From: Fidelibacterota bacterium
GTDB lineage: Bacteria > Fidelibacterota > Marinisomatia > Marinisomatales > Marinisomataceae
Length of the DNA stretch: 64,000 nucleotides
NCBI GenBank assembly: GCA_965212055.1
Contig: OZ243041.1
Coordinates: 736,001 to 800,000, forward strand
Direction of reading: 5' to 3'
Below the pieces are notes generated by a model that searched no databases, was not told where the DNA came from, and was given only the letters and a program-made list of their open reading frames with translations. Positions 19,833-29,729 of the stretch are shown here, piece after piece; within the stretch, counting starts at the first letter, position 1, and the number at the start of each line of letters is the position of its first letter. Position numbers and translations under genes: made by a program.

Positions 19833-21419
19833 TTAAATACCATATGATTCTTCCCATTCTCCATAGACACTTTTCATTACTTCAACAATTTCTCCCATTG
19901 TTGCTCCTTCTTCAGCAACTGACACTAAATAAGGAACTAAATTTAAATTATTTTCACAAGCATTTCTCAATTTTTTCATTTTTATATCTAAGTTTTTTGG
20001 ATTACGATTCTTTTTTAGTATTTCAATCTTCTTTTCTTGGATTTTCTGAGCTTTTTTAGAAATCTTTAGAATTTCAATATCAAGTTCTTCATCCTCTTCA
20101 ATAAAATCATTTACCCCAACAATAATTCTATCTTTTGTATCTATTGATTCTTGATATATTGATGCAGAATCAGCAATTTCTTTTTGAAAGTATCCCTCTT
20201 CAATAGCATTAATTGTCCCACCTAATTTTTCTATAATATTAAAATATTTATTTGTTTCTTTTTCGATTCGATTTGTGATATCCTCAATATACCATGACCC
20301 TCCTAAAGGATCAGCTACATTTGCAACTCCTGTTTCATATGCAAGAACCTGTTGAGTTCTTAATGCAATCTTAGCCGCTTTCTCAGAAGGAAGAGCTAAT
20401 GTTTCGTCCAAAGAATTTGTATGCAATGAATTTGTACCACCCAATACAGCAGCCATTGCTTCATACGCAGTTCTTACAATATTATTTTCAGGCTGCTGTG
20501 CTGTTAAAGAACAGCCTGCAGTTTGAGTATGAAATTTTAATTTTAATGAATTTTCATTCTTTGCCTTATATTGGCTTTTCAATCTGTCTGCCCAAATTCT
20601 TCTAGCAGCTCTATATTTTCCAATTTCTTCGAAAAAATCAATATGGGAATTAAAAAAGAAAGATAATCGATGTGCAAAATCGTCAATTTTTAAACCTCTT
20701 TTTAAACATTCGTCTATATAAGTAAATCCATTATTCAGAGTAAATGCTAATTCCTGTGCAGCAGTTGAACCGGCTTCTCTAATATGATAACCGCTAATTG
20801 ATACTGGATTATACAAAGGCATATTTTTAGAACAAAATTCAATTACATCTACCACCAATTTTACAGATGGAGATGGAGGAAAGATCCATTCTTTTTGAGC
20901 AATATACTCTTTTAAAGCATCGTTCTGTAAAGTTCCTCTTAATTTGCTAATATCTATCTTATTTTTCTTTGCCAATGCAACATAGAAAGCAAATAAAATA
21001 ATTGCAGGACCATTAATTGTCTGTGATATAGAAATCTTCTCCAAATCAATATCTTTAAATAATGTTTCCATATCCTCAAGAGAAGAAACGTTGACACCAC
21101 AAACACCAACTTCACCTACCGATAGCTCATGATCAGGATCATATCCCATTAATGTTGGCATATCATATGCAACAGAAAGTCCAGTTTGTCCTTTCTTCAA
21201 TAAATATTTATATCTCTCATTGGTTTCTTCAGGTGTACTAAATCCAGAAAATTGTCTCATTGTCCATAATTTTCCTCTATACATACTGCTATGAATCCCA
21301 CGAGTATATGGAAATTCTCCAGGATTAATATCATTATCTTTAGAACTATAATATTCTTTTAGTTTATTACCACTAATAGTATCAAAATTATATTTTCTTG
21401 TAATTTTTTTTCTACTCAT
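19833..21419 (-). CDS. B12-dependent acyl-CoA mutase large subunit, isobutyryl-CoA mutase (IcmA)-like
   Basis: PGEFPYTRG, WTMRQFSGF, QNDALKEYIAQKEW, SISGYHIREAG, HTNSLDE; no C-terminal DxHxxG cobalamin-binding domain. Confidence 0.9.
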   Translation of the reverse strand: MSRKKITRKYNFDTISGNKLKEYYSSKDNDINPGEFPYTRGIHSSMYRGKLWTMRQFSGFSTPEETNERYKYLLKKGQTGLSVAYDMPTLMGYDPDHELSVGEVGVCGVNVSSLEDMETLFKDIDLEKISISQTINGPAIILFAFYVALAKKNKIDISKLRGTLQNDALKEYIAQKEWIFPPSPSVKLVVDVIEFCSKNMPLYNPVSISGYHIREAGSTAAQELAFTLNNGFTYIDECLKRGLKIDDFAHRLSFFFNSHIDFFEEIGKYRAARRIWADRLKSQYKAKNENSLKLKFHTQTAGCSLTAQQPENNIVRTAYEAMAAVLGGTNSLHTNSLDETLALPSEKAAKIALRTQQVLAYETGVANVADPLGGSWYIEDITNRIEKETNKYFNIIEKLGGTINAIEEGYFQKEIADSASIYQESIDTKDRIIVGVNDFIEEDEELDIEILKISKKAQKIQEKKIEILKKNRNPKNLDIKMKKLRNACENNLNLVPYLVSVAEEGATMGEIVEVMKSVYGEWEESYGI

Positions 21420-21421
21420 AA

Positions 21422-23296
21422 CTAACTATTGATAAAATTTAAAACTTTTTCAGTTAAAGACTCATAATCTAAACCAACTTCTTCAAGTAAAACTTTTCTT
21501 GGACCGTGATCAACAAAATTATTCGGTAAACCAATATTTAATAAATCATTTTTGGCGTTATTATCAGATAACCATGCAGCAATCCCTTCTCCAAAACCGC
21601 CATTTATTACTCCTTCTTCAAGCGTAATAATTTTAGAAAAATTTCTAAGAGAATCGTTTAAATAATGTTTATCCATAGGTTTTATAAACCTACAATTTAC
21701 AACTTCGCAACTCATGTTATTATTTTCTAGTTTTTTTGCAATATCGATGGCTTTATTAACCATAGATCCAACAGCTAGGATTACTACATTATTTCCACGA
21801 TTCAATACTTCCCAGCTACCAATTTTAAGAACTTCCCCAGAAATCCCTTCATCAAATGCAATGGAAGACTCTTTTGGATATCTTATACTAAATGGACCAG
21901 TTTTATTATCAATAGCAGTATATAATAAATTCCTTAATTCATTTCCATCTTTAGGAGCAGTAACTGTCATTCCTTGAATACAGCGCATATATGATATATC
22001 TAATGCTCCGTGATGAGTAGCACCATCTTCTCCTGCTATACCAGATCGATCTAAACAAAAAATTACTGGCAATTTTTGGATTGCTATATCATGTATGATC
22101 TGATCATAAGCACGTTGAAGAAAAGTGGAATATATTGCAACAATAGGTATTTTTTTAGCTGTTGAGAGACCAGCAGCAAATGTAGTTGCATGAGCTTCTG
22201 CAATACCCACATCAAAAAATCTATCTGGAAATTTTTCTGAAAAATCTACTAAACCAGTCCCTTCCTTCATAGCAGCAGTAATACAAACTATATCTTTATT
22301 TTCTTCTGCAAGATTACAACACAAAGATCCAAAAACATTCTGAAAAATTGGTGGTGAACTTATTGCCGATTTATTTTTATTTCCATCCTGTGCTTTTACT
22401 CCATGATATTTAACTGGATCATTTTCTGCAATCTCTAATCCTTTCCCCTTCTTTGTAATAATATGTAAAACAACAGGACCAGGTAAATCTTTAATATTTT
22501 CTAATGTATTGATAAGCTCATTGAGATTATGTCCATCAATGGGACCAAAATATCTAAAACCTAGATCTTCAAAAATTGTAATAGGAAATACGAAATTTTT
22601 AATGCTTAATTCAACTCTTCTTACAAAAGTGCCAATAAAATTTAATTGTTTTGGGAGACTACCTAAAATTTTTCCAACCTTGTTTCTTGCATAATTATAA
22701 ACTCTATTTGTAGAAATCTTTCTAAGGTAATTCCTTATAGCTCCTACATTAGGACTAATTGACATTTCATTGTCATTCAAAATAACTAATAATTGTTTCT
22801 TTAAACTTCCAGCATTATTAATTGCTTCATATGACAAACCTCCTGTTAATGCGCCATCACCAATAATGCTAATAACTTTAAAATTTTGGTTATTTAAATC
22901 TCTTGCAGATGCGATTCCTAATGCAGCAGAAATTGATGTTGAAGCATGTCCTGCACCAAAAACATCGTATTTACTTTCACTTTGCTTCAAAAATGGATTT
23001 AAGCCTTTATATTTTCTAATAGTATTGAGAGATTCAAATCTTCCTGTAAGTACTTTGTGGGCATATGCTTGATGTCCAGTATCCCAAACAATTTTATCAT
23101 CAGGTGCATTATAAAGATAATGAAGTGCCGTAGTAAGTTCAACAACCCCTAATGTTGATGCTAAATGTCCACCAATTTCACTTACAGTTGAAATAACATA
23201 TTCTCTTAATTCACTAGAAATAGCTTCTAATTCCTTTTTTGAGTAATTCTTTAAATCTTTTGGAGACTTAATATAGGGTAAATATTTTAGATCCAT
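21422..23296 (-). CDS. dxs: 1-deoxy-D-xylulose-5-phosphate synthase
   Basis: GGHLASTLG, WDTGHQAYAHK, IGDGALTGG, DVGIAE, YSTFLQRAYDQ. Confidence 0.97.
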   Translation of the reverse strand: MDLKYLPYIKSPKDLKNYSKKELEAISSELREYVISTVSEIGGHLASTLGVVELTTALHYLYNAPDDKIVWDTGHQAYAHKVLTGRFESLNTIRKYKGLNPFLKQSESKYDVFGAGHASTSISAALGIASARDLNNQNFKVISIIGDGALTGGLSYEAINNAGSLKKQLLVILNDNEMSISPNVGAIRNYLRKISTNRVYNYARNKVGKILGSLPKQLNFIGTFVRRVELSIKNFVFPITIFEDLGFRYFGPIDGHNLNELINTLENIKDLPGPVVLHIITKKGKGLEIAENDPVKYHGVKAQDGNKNKSAISSPPIFQNVFGSLCCNLAEENKDIVCITAAMKEGTGLVDFSEKFPDRFFDVGIAEAHATTFAAGLSTAKKIPIVAIYSTFLQRAYDQIIHDIAIQKLPVIFCLDRSGIAGEDGATHHGALDISYMRCIQGMTVTAPKDGNELRNLLYTAIDNKTGPFSIRYPKESSIAFDEGISGEVLKIGSWEVLNRGNNVVILAVGSMVNKAIDIAKKLENNNMSCEVVNCRFIKPMDKHYLNDSLRNFSKIITLEEGVINGGFGEGIAAWLSDNNAKNDLLNIGLPNNFVDHGPRKVLLEEVGLDYESLTEKVLNFINS

Positions 23297-23860
23297 TTAT
23301 CTATCTCCAAAACATAATTGATGTATAAGCGCTTCATTTTGTAGTTCAGGATGAAATGTTGTAGCAAAATGCATTCCTTGTTTAACTGCAACAGGAATAC
23401 CGTCATGATTACAAATTACTTGTACATTTTTTCCCACTTTGGAAATTTTAGGAGCTCTAATAAAAGATGCCATAAAAGAAGTATTTTTTGAATTGTAATC
23501 TAAGTCTAACCTTGTATCAAAAGAATGAACTTGTCTTCCATAAGCATTTCTTTCTGATTCAATATCAATAATACCAAAATTGATCACTTTATCATCAAAA
23601 CTATTTTTTGACATTAAGATTAGTCCAGCACATGTTCCAAGAATAGGATGTTTCTTTGAAAATGATTTAATAGACTTTACAAACCTATCTTCTCTGGCAA
23701 TTAGTTTAGTCATTGTTGTTGATTCTCCACCGGGAATAATTAAACCATCAATATTATCTAAATCTTTAGAAGATTTGACCAATTTTGAATCATAACCAAG
23801 TTTATTTAAGATTTGGATATGAGAGGAAAAATTTCCTTGAAGCGCAAGGATTCCAATCAT
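23297..23860 (-). CDS. pdxT: PLP synthase glutaminase subunit
   Basis: LALQG, PGGESTT, GTCAG, RNAYGRQ, FIRAP, FHPEL. Confidence 0.96.
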   Translation of the reverse strand: MIGILALQGNFSSHIQILNKLGYDSKLVKSSKDLDNIDGLIIPGGESTTMTKLIAREDRFVKSIKSFSKKHPILGTCAGLILMSKNSFDDKVINFGIIDIESERNAYGRQVHSFDTRLDLDYNSKNTSFMASFIRAPKISKVGKNVQVICNHDGIPVAVKQGMHFATTFHPELQNEALIHQLCFGDR

Positions 23861-23862
23861 TC

Positions 23863-24735
23863 TTAATCTCCTCTTTTTTGCAATAATTGGTCTTCAGGAA
23901 TCTCTGAAATTTCTAAGCCCTTCATTGCATCTTTTAATTTATAAGATGCATTTAAAATCTCCTTGGCATTATCAAAATGAGTGACTGCTTCAACAATAGC
24001 ATATGCTCTTTCTTTTGGATCGTCACTTTTGAAAATTCCTGATCCGACGAAAACTGATTCAGCGCCTAATTGCATCATTAATGAAGTATCAGCAGGGGTT
24101 GCAATTCCACCAGCTGCAAAATTAGGTACAGGAAGTTTTCCATTTTTAGCTACTTCCTCTACAAGCTCTAAAGGAACTCTAAATTCCTTTGCTTTTTCTG
24201 ATAGATTTTGTCCTTTAAGGTTGCTTAATTCTGAAGTAATCATTTTCATATGTCTAACTGCTTCAACAATATTTCCACTACCAGCTTCTCCTTTTGTTCT
24301 GATTAGAGCAGCTCCTTCATCAATTCTGCGTAAAGCTTCACCAAGATTTCTAGCACCACATACAAATGGTGCTTTAAAAGGATGCTTATAAACATGAGCA
24401 TGTTCATCGGCTGGAGTTAATACTTCGCTTTCATCTATAAAATCAATTTCTAGCGCTTCAAGAACTTGAGCTTCAGCAAAATGCCCTATACGACATTTAG
24501 CCATAACTGGAATAGAGACAGCTGCTTGAATATCTTTAATCATTTGAGGATTACTCATCCTTGATACTCCACCGTCAGCACGTATATCGGCAGGTATCCT
24601 TTCTAGAGCCATTACAGAAACAGCACCAGCCTCTTCAGCAATCTTAGCTTGTTCAACGTTGGTTACATCCATTATAACTCCACCTCTCAACATTTCAGCT
24701 AACCCAACTTTAACTTTGAAGGTATTTTTATTCAT
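23863..24735 (-). CDS. pdxS: PLP synthase lyase subunit
   Basis: [38 protein letters not shown] 24735 preferred. Confidence 0.97.
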   Translation of the reverse strand: MNKNTFKVKVGLAEMLRGGVIMDVTNVEQAKIAEEAGAVSVMALERIPADIRADGGVSRMSNPQMIKDIQAAVSIPVMAKCRIGHFAEAQVLEALEIDFIDESEVLTPADEHAHVYKHPFKAPFVCGARNLGEALRRIDEGAALIRTKGEAGSGNIVEAVRHMKMITSELSNLKGQNLSEKAKEFRVPLELVEEVAKNGKLPVPNFAAGGIATPADTSLMMQLGAESVFVGSGIFKSDDPKERAYAIVEAVTHFDNAKEILNASYKLKDAMKGLEISEIPEDQLLQKRGD

Positions 24736-25594
24736 AAATTGTTTCCTTATCAGTGGTATTAGTGACATCTTTCACTTTCTTCACAACGGAGTCGATTATC
24801 CAATCTGGTGTCGAAGCACCAGCAGAAATACCTACAGAATTTATATTTTTTTTGAACCAAGATACATCAATTTCTGTTGCATTAGTTACTTGATATGTAT
24901 TTTTATTCCTTTCAAGACTTAATTGTGTTAACCTTTTAGAATTGGCACTGGTAAATGAACCAATAATAATCATCAAGTCAACTATTTCTGATAATTCTTT
25001 AATTTGCTCTTGATTACGTTTTGTAGGAAAACAAATCGTATTGACAAAACGTAAATCAAATACTTTGGTCATGAGAATATTGATGATATCTTGAACATTT
25101 TCAATCGTTTGAGTAGACTGACTGACAATTCCAGCTTTTTTTGTTTTCTTGAGTTTTTCTGCTTCTTCAACAGTAGATATAATAATTGCATCTTGAACTT
25201 GACTTGCAATTCCAATTACTTCGTCATGTCCGTGATCACCAATTATAATAATTTTTCTACCTTCTTTATCAAGCTGTTTAACTTCCTTATGTATTTCATG
25301 TACTAATGGACATGTTGCATCAATAATATTCATTTTGTTCTTTTCTGCATCTTTCCATACTTCTTTCGCAGTACCATGGGCTCTAAAAAGTACAGGTTTA
25401 TCATCTGGAACTTGATTCAAATTTGAGACAACTTTAACACCATTTTTTTCTAGATCTTCTACTACACTTTCATTATGTACTATATCCCCGAGCATATAGA
25501 CTTCTCCATATTCTTTGCTCGTGTCGTATGCACTATTTACAGCATCCCGAACACCGAAACAGTATCCTGCATCTTTAGCTAATATTATTTTCAT
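24728..25594 (-). CDS. ispH: 4-hydroxy-3-methylbut-2-enyl diphosphate reductase
   Basis: GYCFGV, AHG, DATCPLV, TICF, SANS, AGASTP. Confidence 0.96.
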   Translation of the reverse strand: MKIILAKDAGYCFGVRDAVNSAYDTSKEYGEVYMLGDIVHNESVVEDLEKNGVKVVSNLNQVPDDKPVLFRAHGTAKEVWKDAEKNKMNIIDATCPLVHEIHKEVKQLDKEGRKIIIIGDHGHDEVIGIASQVQDAIIISTVEEAEKLKKTKKAGIVSQSTQTIENVQDIINILMTKVFDLRFVNTICFPTKRNQEQIKELSEIVDLMIIIGSFTSANSKRLTQLSLERNKNTYQVTNATEIDVSWFKKNINSVGISAGASTPDWIIDSVVKKVKDVTNTTDKETIYE

Positions 25595-26582
25595 TGTGAT
25601 TATTGATATATCGCGCTAATAGATCCAAAACTTTTGATTTAACATCAGAAAAATTTCCATCTACCAATGCTGCGGCTGCAAAAGGATGTCCACCTCCACC
25701 CATTTTCTTTGCAACTTCGTTAACTTTATATTTACCTTTTGATCGAAAACTTAATCTTACTTTACCCTTTAAGTCATAAAGCATTAAAGCAATTTCGACT
25801 CCTTTAACTCCTCTGAAAAAATCACTAAATCCATCAAAATCTTGGTTTGTACCATTTACTTCCTTGACCATATCATTGTTCAATAAAAACCATACTAATT
25901 CGCCATTACAATCAAAGTTTAATTTCTGAATAACATTACCAAGAAGCTTAATTCTACTAACGGAAGAATTTTCATAAATATTTTGATAGATTTCTGAAAT
26001 ATTAATACCCATTTTTATAGCATCTACTGCAATTTCATGACTCAGTTGAGTTGTATTGCTAAACCTAAATGAACCAGTGTCGGTTAAAACAGCGGTGTAA
26101 ATCCCAAACATAATTTCTTTATTGATAATATCTTTATCTATGTTAGAAAAATATGAATAAAGAATCTCCCCAACAGATGAAGCATTCAAATTAACGAAAC
26201 TATGGGTAAAGAAATCATTTTCAGTTAATGGGTGATGATCAATATTGATTGTTTCAATTTTAGTATTTTCAATAATATTGGCAACTTTTCCCAAACGATA
26301 GAAATCACCAATATCCAATATAATTCCTAAATCAGCGCTTTTAATAAAAGCGGTATTATCATCATTAACTTGTTCAAAAATATTGTTATTATTCAAAAAA
26401 CTATACACTTGAGGAACATCAGAATCGTTAATAATTCTACAATCTTTCCCTAATTGTTTTAGATAGCTGTACATAGAAAAAGCAGATCCCAAACTATCAC
26501 CATCAGGGTTAATGTGTGTGGAAATAAAAATTCTTTTCTTTTCAGATATGATATGTTCGATTTTCTTGTAATCTATTTCCAT
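25575..26582 (-). CDS. nrnA: DHH/DHHA1 phosphoesterase (NrnA-like oligoribonuclease/pAp phosphatase)
   Basis: HINPDGD, IDHH, DTGSFRF, SFRS, GGGGH. Confidence 0.88.
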   Translation of the reverse strand: MEIDYKKIEHIISEKKRIFISTHINPDGDSLGSAFSMYSYLKQLGKDCRIINDSDVPQVYSFLNNNNIFEQVNDDNTAFIKSADLGIILDIGDFYRLGKVANIIENTKIETINIDHHPLTENDFFTHSFVNLNASSVGEILYSYFSNIDKDIINKEIMFGIYTAVLTDTGSFRFSNTTQLSHEIAVDAIKMGINISEIYQNIYENSSVSRIKLLGNVIQKLNFDCNGELVWFLLNNDMVKEVNGTNQDFDGFSDFFRGVKGVEIALMLYDLKGKVRLSFRSKGKYKVNEVAKKMGGGGHPFAAAALVDGNFSDVKSKVLDLLARYINNHNENNIS

Positions 26583-27122
26583 TTATTTTTTCCACATATT
26601 TTCATCAATATGATTGTTTTTGTTATAAAACCGAGATAAAACAAATAAATAATCTGATAATCGGTTTAAATATTTAACAATATTGTTATTATTTAAATCT
26701 TTGATATATAAATCAACAATGCTTCTTTCTGATCTTCTAGCAATAGCTCTAGCTAGATGCAAATTTGAAGAAAAGGAGTCTCCACCCGGAAGGATAAATT
26801 CTTCTAATGATTCAAGTGATTCATTTAATTCTTCAATCCTATTATCCAACAATAATAAAGAGTCATCTTTTAGAAGGATTTTATTCGAATCATTTAATGA
26901 AATTTGTCCTCCGATATTAAATAAATCATTCTGAATATTTTTTATTTCGTTGATAATACTTTCATCATTACAAAAAGAAATACAAACCCCTAAAACACTA
27001 TTTAGTTCATCTACATCACCGATGGCATTGATAATAAGTTCGTTTTTGTATACAGAATCACCTTTTGCAAGCTTTGTCTTACCTTGATCTCCATTTCGAG
27101 TTGTAACCTTGGTAACACGCAT
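26583..27122 (-). CDS. pduO: ATP:cob(I)alamin adenosyltransferase (PduO type)
   Basis: TRNGDQGKT, GDVDELNS, FILPGG, RRSER, YLNRLSDYLF. Confidence 0.93.
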   Translation of the reverse strand: MRVTKVTTRNGDQGKTKLAKGDSVYKNELIINAIGDVDELNSVLGVCISFCNDESIINEIKNIQNDLFNIGGQISLNDSNKILLKDDSLLLLDNRIEELNESLESLEEFILPGGDSFSSNLHLARAIARRSERSIVDLYIKDLNNNNIVKYLNRLSDYLFVLSRFYNKNNHIDENMWKK

Positions 27123-27131
27123 TGTTAAACC

Positions 27132-28496
27132 TTAAATAATTCCCCAGATTAATAAGTGGACTATGATACTTGCTATATATCCTAAAAAGATTGCAGGAGC
27201 CCATTTTAGGTGACTATAGAAAGTATATACACCCCTTGCTTGGCCCATTAAAGCAACACCTGGAGCGGAACCAATCGACAGCAAACTTCCACCAACACCT
27301 GTTGTAAGAGTTATTAATAACCATTGTGATAATACCATACTTTCTGTTGTATGCATTTGTAATACAGAGAACATAACAGGAATATTATCAATGAGCGCTG
27401 AAAGAATACCCATTATAGAATTGGCTATAGAAAAACCAATTAGTTGATCTGGAGATGATGGATATATTGTATTAGATAGTAATTCTAAATATCCAATATA
27501 TGATAATCCAGAAACGCACATAATTACTCCATAGAAAAACAATAGTGTATCCCATTCTGCTTGAGCTATTTGTTTAAATACACCAAATGGTTGATCTTCC
27601 CCTTCTCTACTTATTACTGTTGAACGGCTATATGTTCGCTTTAAATAATATGCAAAAAGTTGTAAGAGACTTAATCCAGTCATCATTCCAAAGACAGGTG
27701 GTATATGAAGAAAATTTTCAAATGTAACTGCTAGGAATATTGTGACAAGGAAAAGCAATACGATACTTTTTGCACCACGTTTTAACTGAACCGGAGTATT
27801 TTTAACATTTTCAGAAGAACCACTAACAAATAAACTCATTATAAACGCTGGAATTATATAATTAATCAGAGATGGTAAAAAAAGTGAGAAAAATTCGGTA
27901 AACTCTACCATACCTCCCTGCCAAACCATTAGTGTTGTAATATCTCCAAATGGACTAAATGCTCCACCTGCATTTGCCGCAACTACTATATTCACACAAC
28001 TAATACTAACAAATTTTTTATTACCTACCCCAACAGCCATTACAACGGCACACATTGTTAATGCAGCCGTCAAATTATCTGCTATTGGAGAAAGAAAAAA
28101 TGTAATAAAACCAGTAATCCAAAATAGCTTTTTATAAGAATAGTTTTGTGCAAGCAATTTAGATCTTAATTTTTCGAATACATTTCTTTCGGTCATTGAA
28201 TTGATGAAGGTCATTGCAACAAGCAAAAAAAGCATTAATTGAGAAAATTCAGAAAATGCGTGCATCATAGCTTCTTTAACAGTCACATAATCAACGACTT
28301 CACCGTTTATAATCACTGGCTTAGAATAATCATATGCAACTCCATACCATGCTACCATTGCCCATATTATTCCTGCAGCAAATAGAACTGGTTTTGATTT
28401 TCTCAGATGGGTAACCTCCTCAGTTACCACAAAACCATATGCTATAACAAAAATAAGCAAACTTATGATAGTAATTGGATGATTCAATAATTCCAT
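27132..28496 (-). CDS. nhaD: Na+/H+ antiporter NhaD
   Basis: EEVTHLRKSKP, SPIADNLT, AANAGGAFSPFGDITT, DNIP, GGSLLSIGSA. Confidence 0.92.
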   Translation of the reverse strand: MELLNHPITIISLLIFVIAYGFVVTEEVTHLRKSKPVLFAAGIIWAMVAWYGVAYDYSKPVIINGEVVDYVTVKEAMMHAFSEFSQLMLFLLVAMTFINSMTERNVFEKLRSKLLAQNYSYKKLFWITGFITFFLSPIADNLTAALTMCAVVMAVGVGNKKFVSISCVNIVVAANAGGAFSPFGDITTLMVWQGGMVEFTEFFSLFLPSLINYIIPAFIMSLFVSGSSENVKNTPVQLKRGAKSIVLLFLVTIFLAVTFENFLHIPPVFGMMTGLSLLQLFAYYLKRTYSRSTVISREGEDQPFGVFKQIAQAEWDTLLFFYGVIMCVSGLSYIGYLELLSNTIYPSSPDQLIGFSIANSIMGILSALIDNIPVMFSVLQMHTTESMVLSQWLLITLTTGVGGSLLSIGSAPGVALMGQARGVYTFYSHLKWAPAIFLGYIASIIVHLLIWGII

Positions 28497-28563
28497 TCGA
28501 GTAATTTAAAGTAAAGAGATATAAAAACTTATGAAAATCGAATAAATATTCTAAATTGAAACA

Positions 28564-28725
28564 ATGGAATATTTATTGGTTATTGTAATATTAATTTTTT
28601 CATTTCTACTGATGAATCTTGGATTAATTCTAAAGAATAGACCTCTCAAAAAAGGATGTGGTAATTCTCCAGATGGTTGTGAAATATGTGGTGGAGATGT
28701 AGAAAAATGTGAAGATTCAACTTAG
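28564..28725 (+). CDS. nqrM: Na+-NQR maturation protein NqrM (DUF539-like), 53 aa
   Basis: MEYLLVIVILIFSFLLMNLGLILKNRPLKKGCGNSPDGCEICGGDVEKCEDST: one TM plus four Cys; adjacent to apbE and the nqr operon. Confidence 0.85.
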   Translation: MEYLLVIVILIFSFLLMNLGLILKNRPLKKGCGNSPDGCEICGGDVEKCEDST

Positions 28726-29729
28726 TTTTTTGGAAAATTATTAGAAAAAATTTTCTCAAAAGAACCGTCTTCATTCTGAACAATCATTAACCCTTCAAAA
28801 TTAGATTTATCTAAGAAATTTTTGACTTCTTTAGTATCCATCATATATAATGCAGTAGATAGTCCATCTGCTTCCATACAGGATGTATTAGTTAATATTG
28901 AAATAGATCCTAAACTAGACTGTATTGGATATCCCGATAATGGGTTGATTTCATGATGATAGAAGTTTTTATCATCATCAACATAGAAATTTCTGTAATT
29001 CCCTGATGTTGCGAGAGAATGGTTTGTAATTGGGACAATATATTCAACATCATTGTTAAAATTACTAATTGATGGCGTACTAACTCCGATTTGCCAAAGT
29101 TTTCCATCTGATATTGTTCTCACTTCACCTCCAATTTCAACCATAATATTTTTATAGTCTAAAATTTCAATAATCTGGTCTACTGCATATCCTTTAGCAA
29201 TAGAACTAAGGTCTATTTGTACTCTTGAATCTTTTTTTCTTATTTTATTACCATCAATTTCTATTAAATCTTGACTAACAAATTGTAAAACGCTATCAAT
29301 TTGAGTTTTGCTGGGAATATCTAGAAATATTTCTGGACCAAATCCCCATAAATTCACTAGCGGCATCACAGTAATATCATATAAACCGTTGGAAATTTCG
29401 TAATATTTAAAAGAAGAAGTTACCACATATGCAAATTCATCAGAAATAGCAAACCATGTGGTGTCGTTAAATGTATTAAAACGAGAAATTTCACTATCGG
29501 ATATATAGGTCGACATTTGGTTATTAATGTCTTCTAAAAGTTGATCAACTTTATCTTTATTATTTGATTGATTTGGAAGTTTAGCAGAATATTTGATGGT
29601 ATAATCTGTTCCCATTGTTTTACCGCTAAATTCATAAAATTCTTTTTCTGCACAACTAATAGACAGAATAGTAAACAGGCAAAAAAGAAATAGCCATAAG
29701 GGTAATGAATATTTTCTAGCCAAAATCAT
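28722..29729 (-). CDS. apbE: FAD:protein FMN transferase ApbE (lipoprotein)
   Basis: Lipobox ISC, TMGT, DLSSIAKGY, EIGGE, ATSGNY, ADGLSTAL. Confidence 0.94.
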   Translation of the reverse strand: MILARKYSLPLWLFLFCLFTILSISCAEKEFYEFSGKTMGTDYTIKYSAKLPNQSNNKDKVDQLLEDINNQMSTYISDSEISRFNTFNDTTWFAISDEFAYVVTSSFKYYEISNGLYDITVMPLVNLWGFGPEIFLDIPSKTQIDSVLQFVSQDLIEIDGNKIRKKDSRVQIDLSSIAKGYAVDQIIEILDYKNIMVEIGGEVRTISDGKLWQIGVSTPSISNFNNDVEYIVPITNHSLATSGNYRNFYVDDDKNFYHHEINPLSGYPIQSSLGSISILTNTSCMEADGLSTALYMMDTKEVKNFLDKSNFEGLMIVQNEDGSFEKIFSNNFPKN

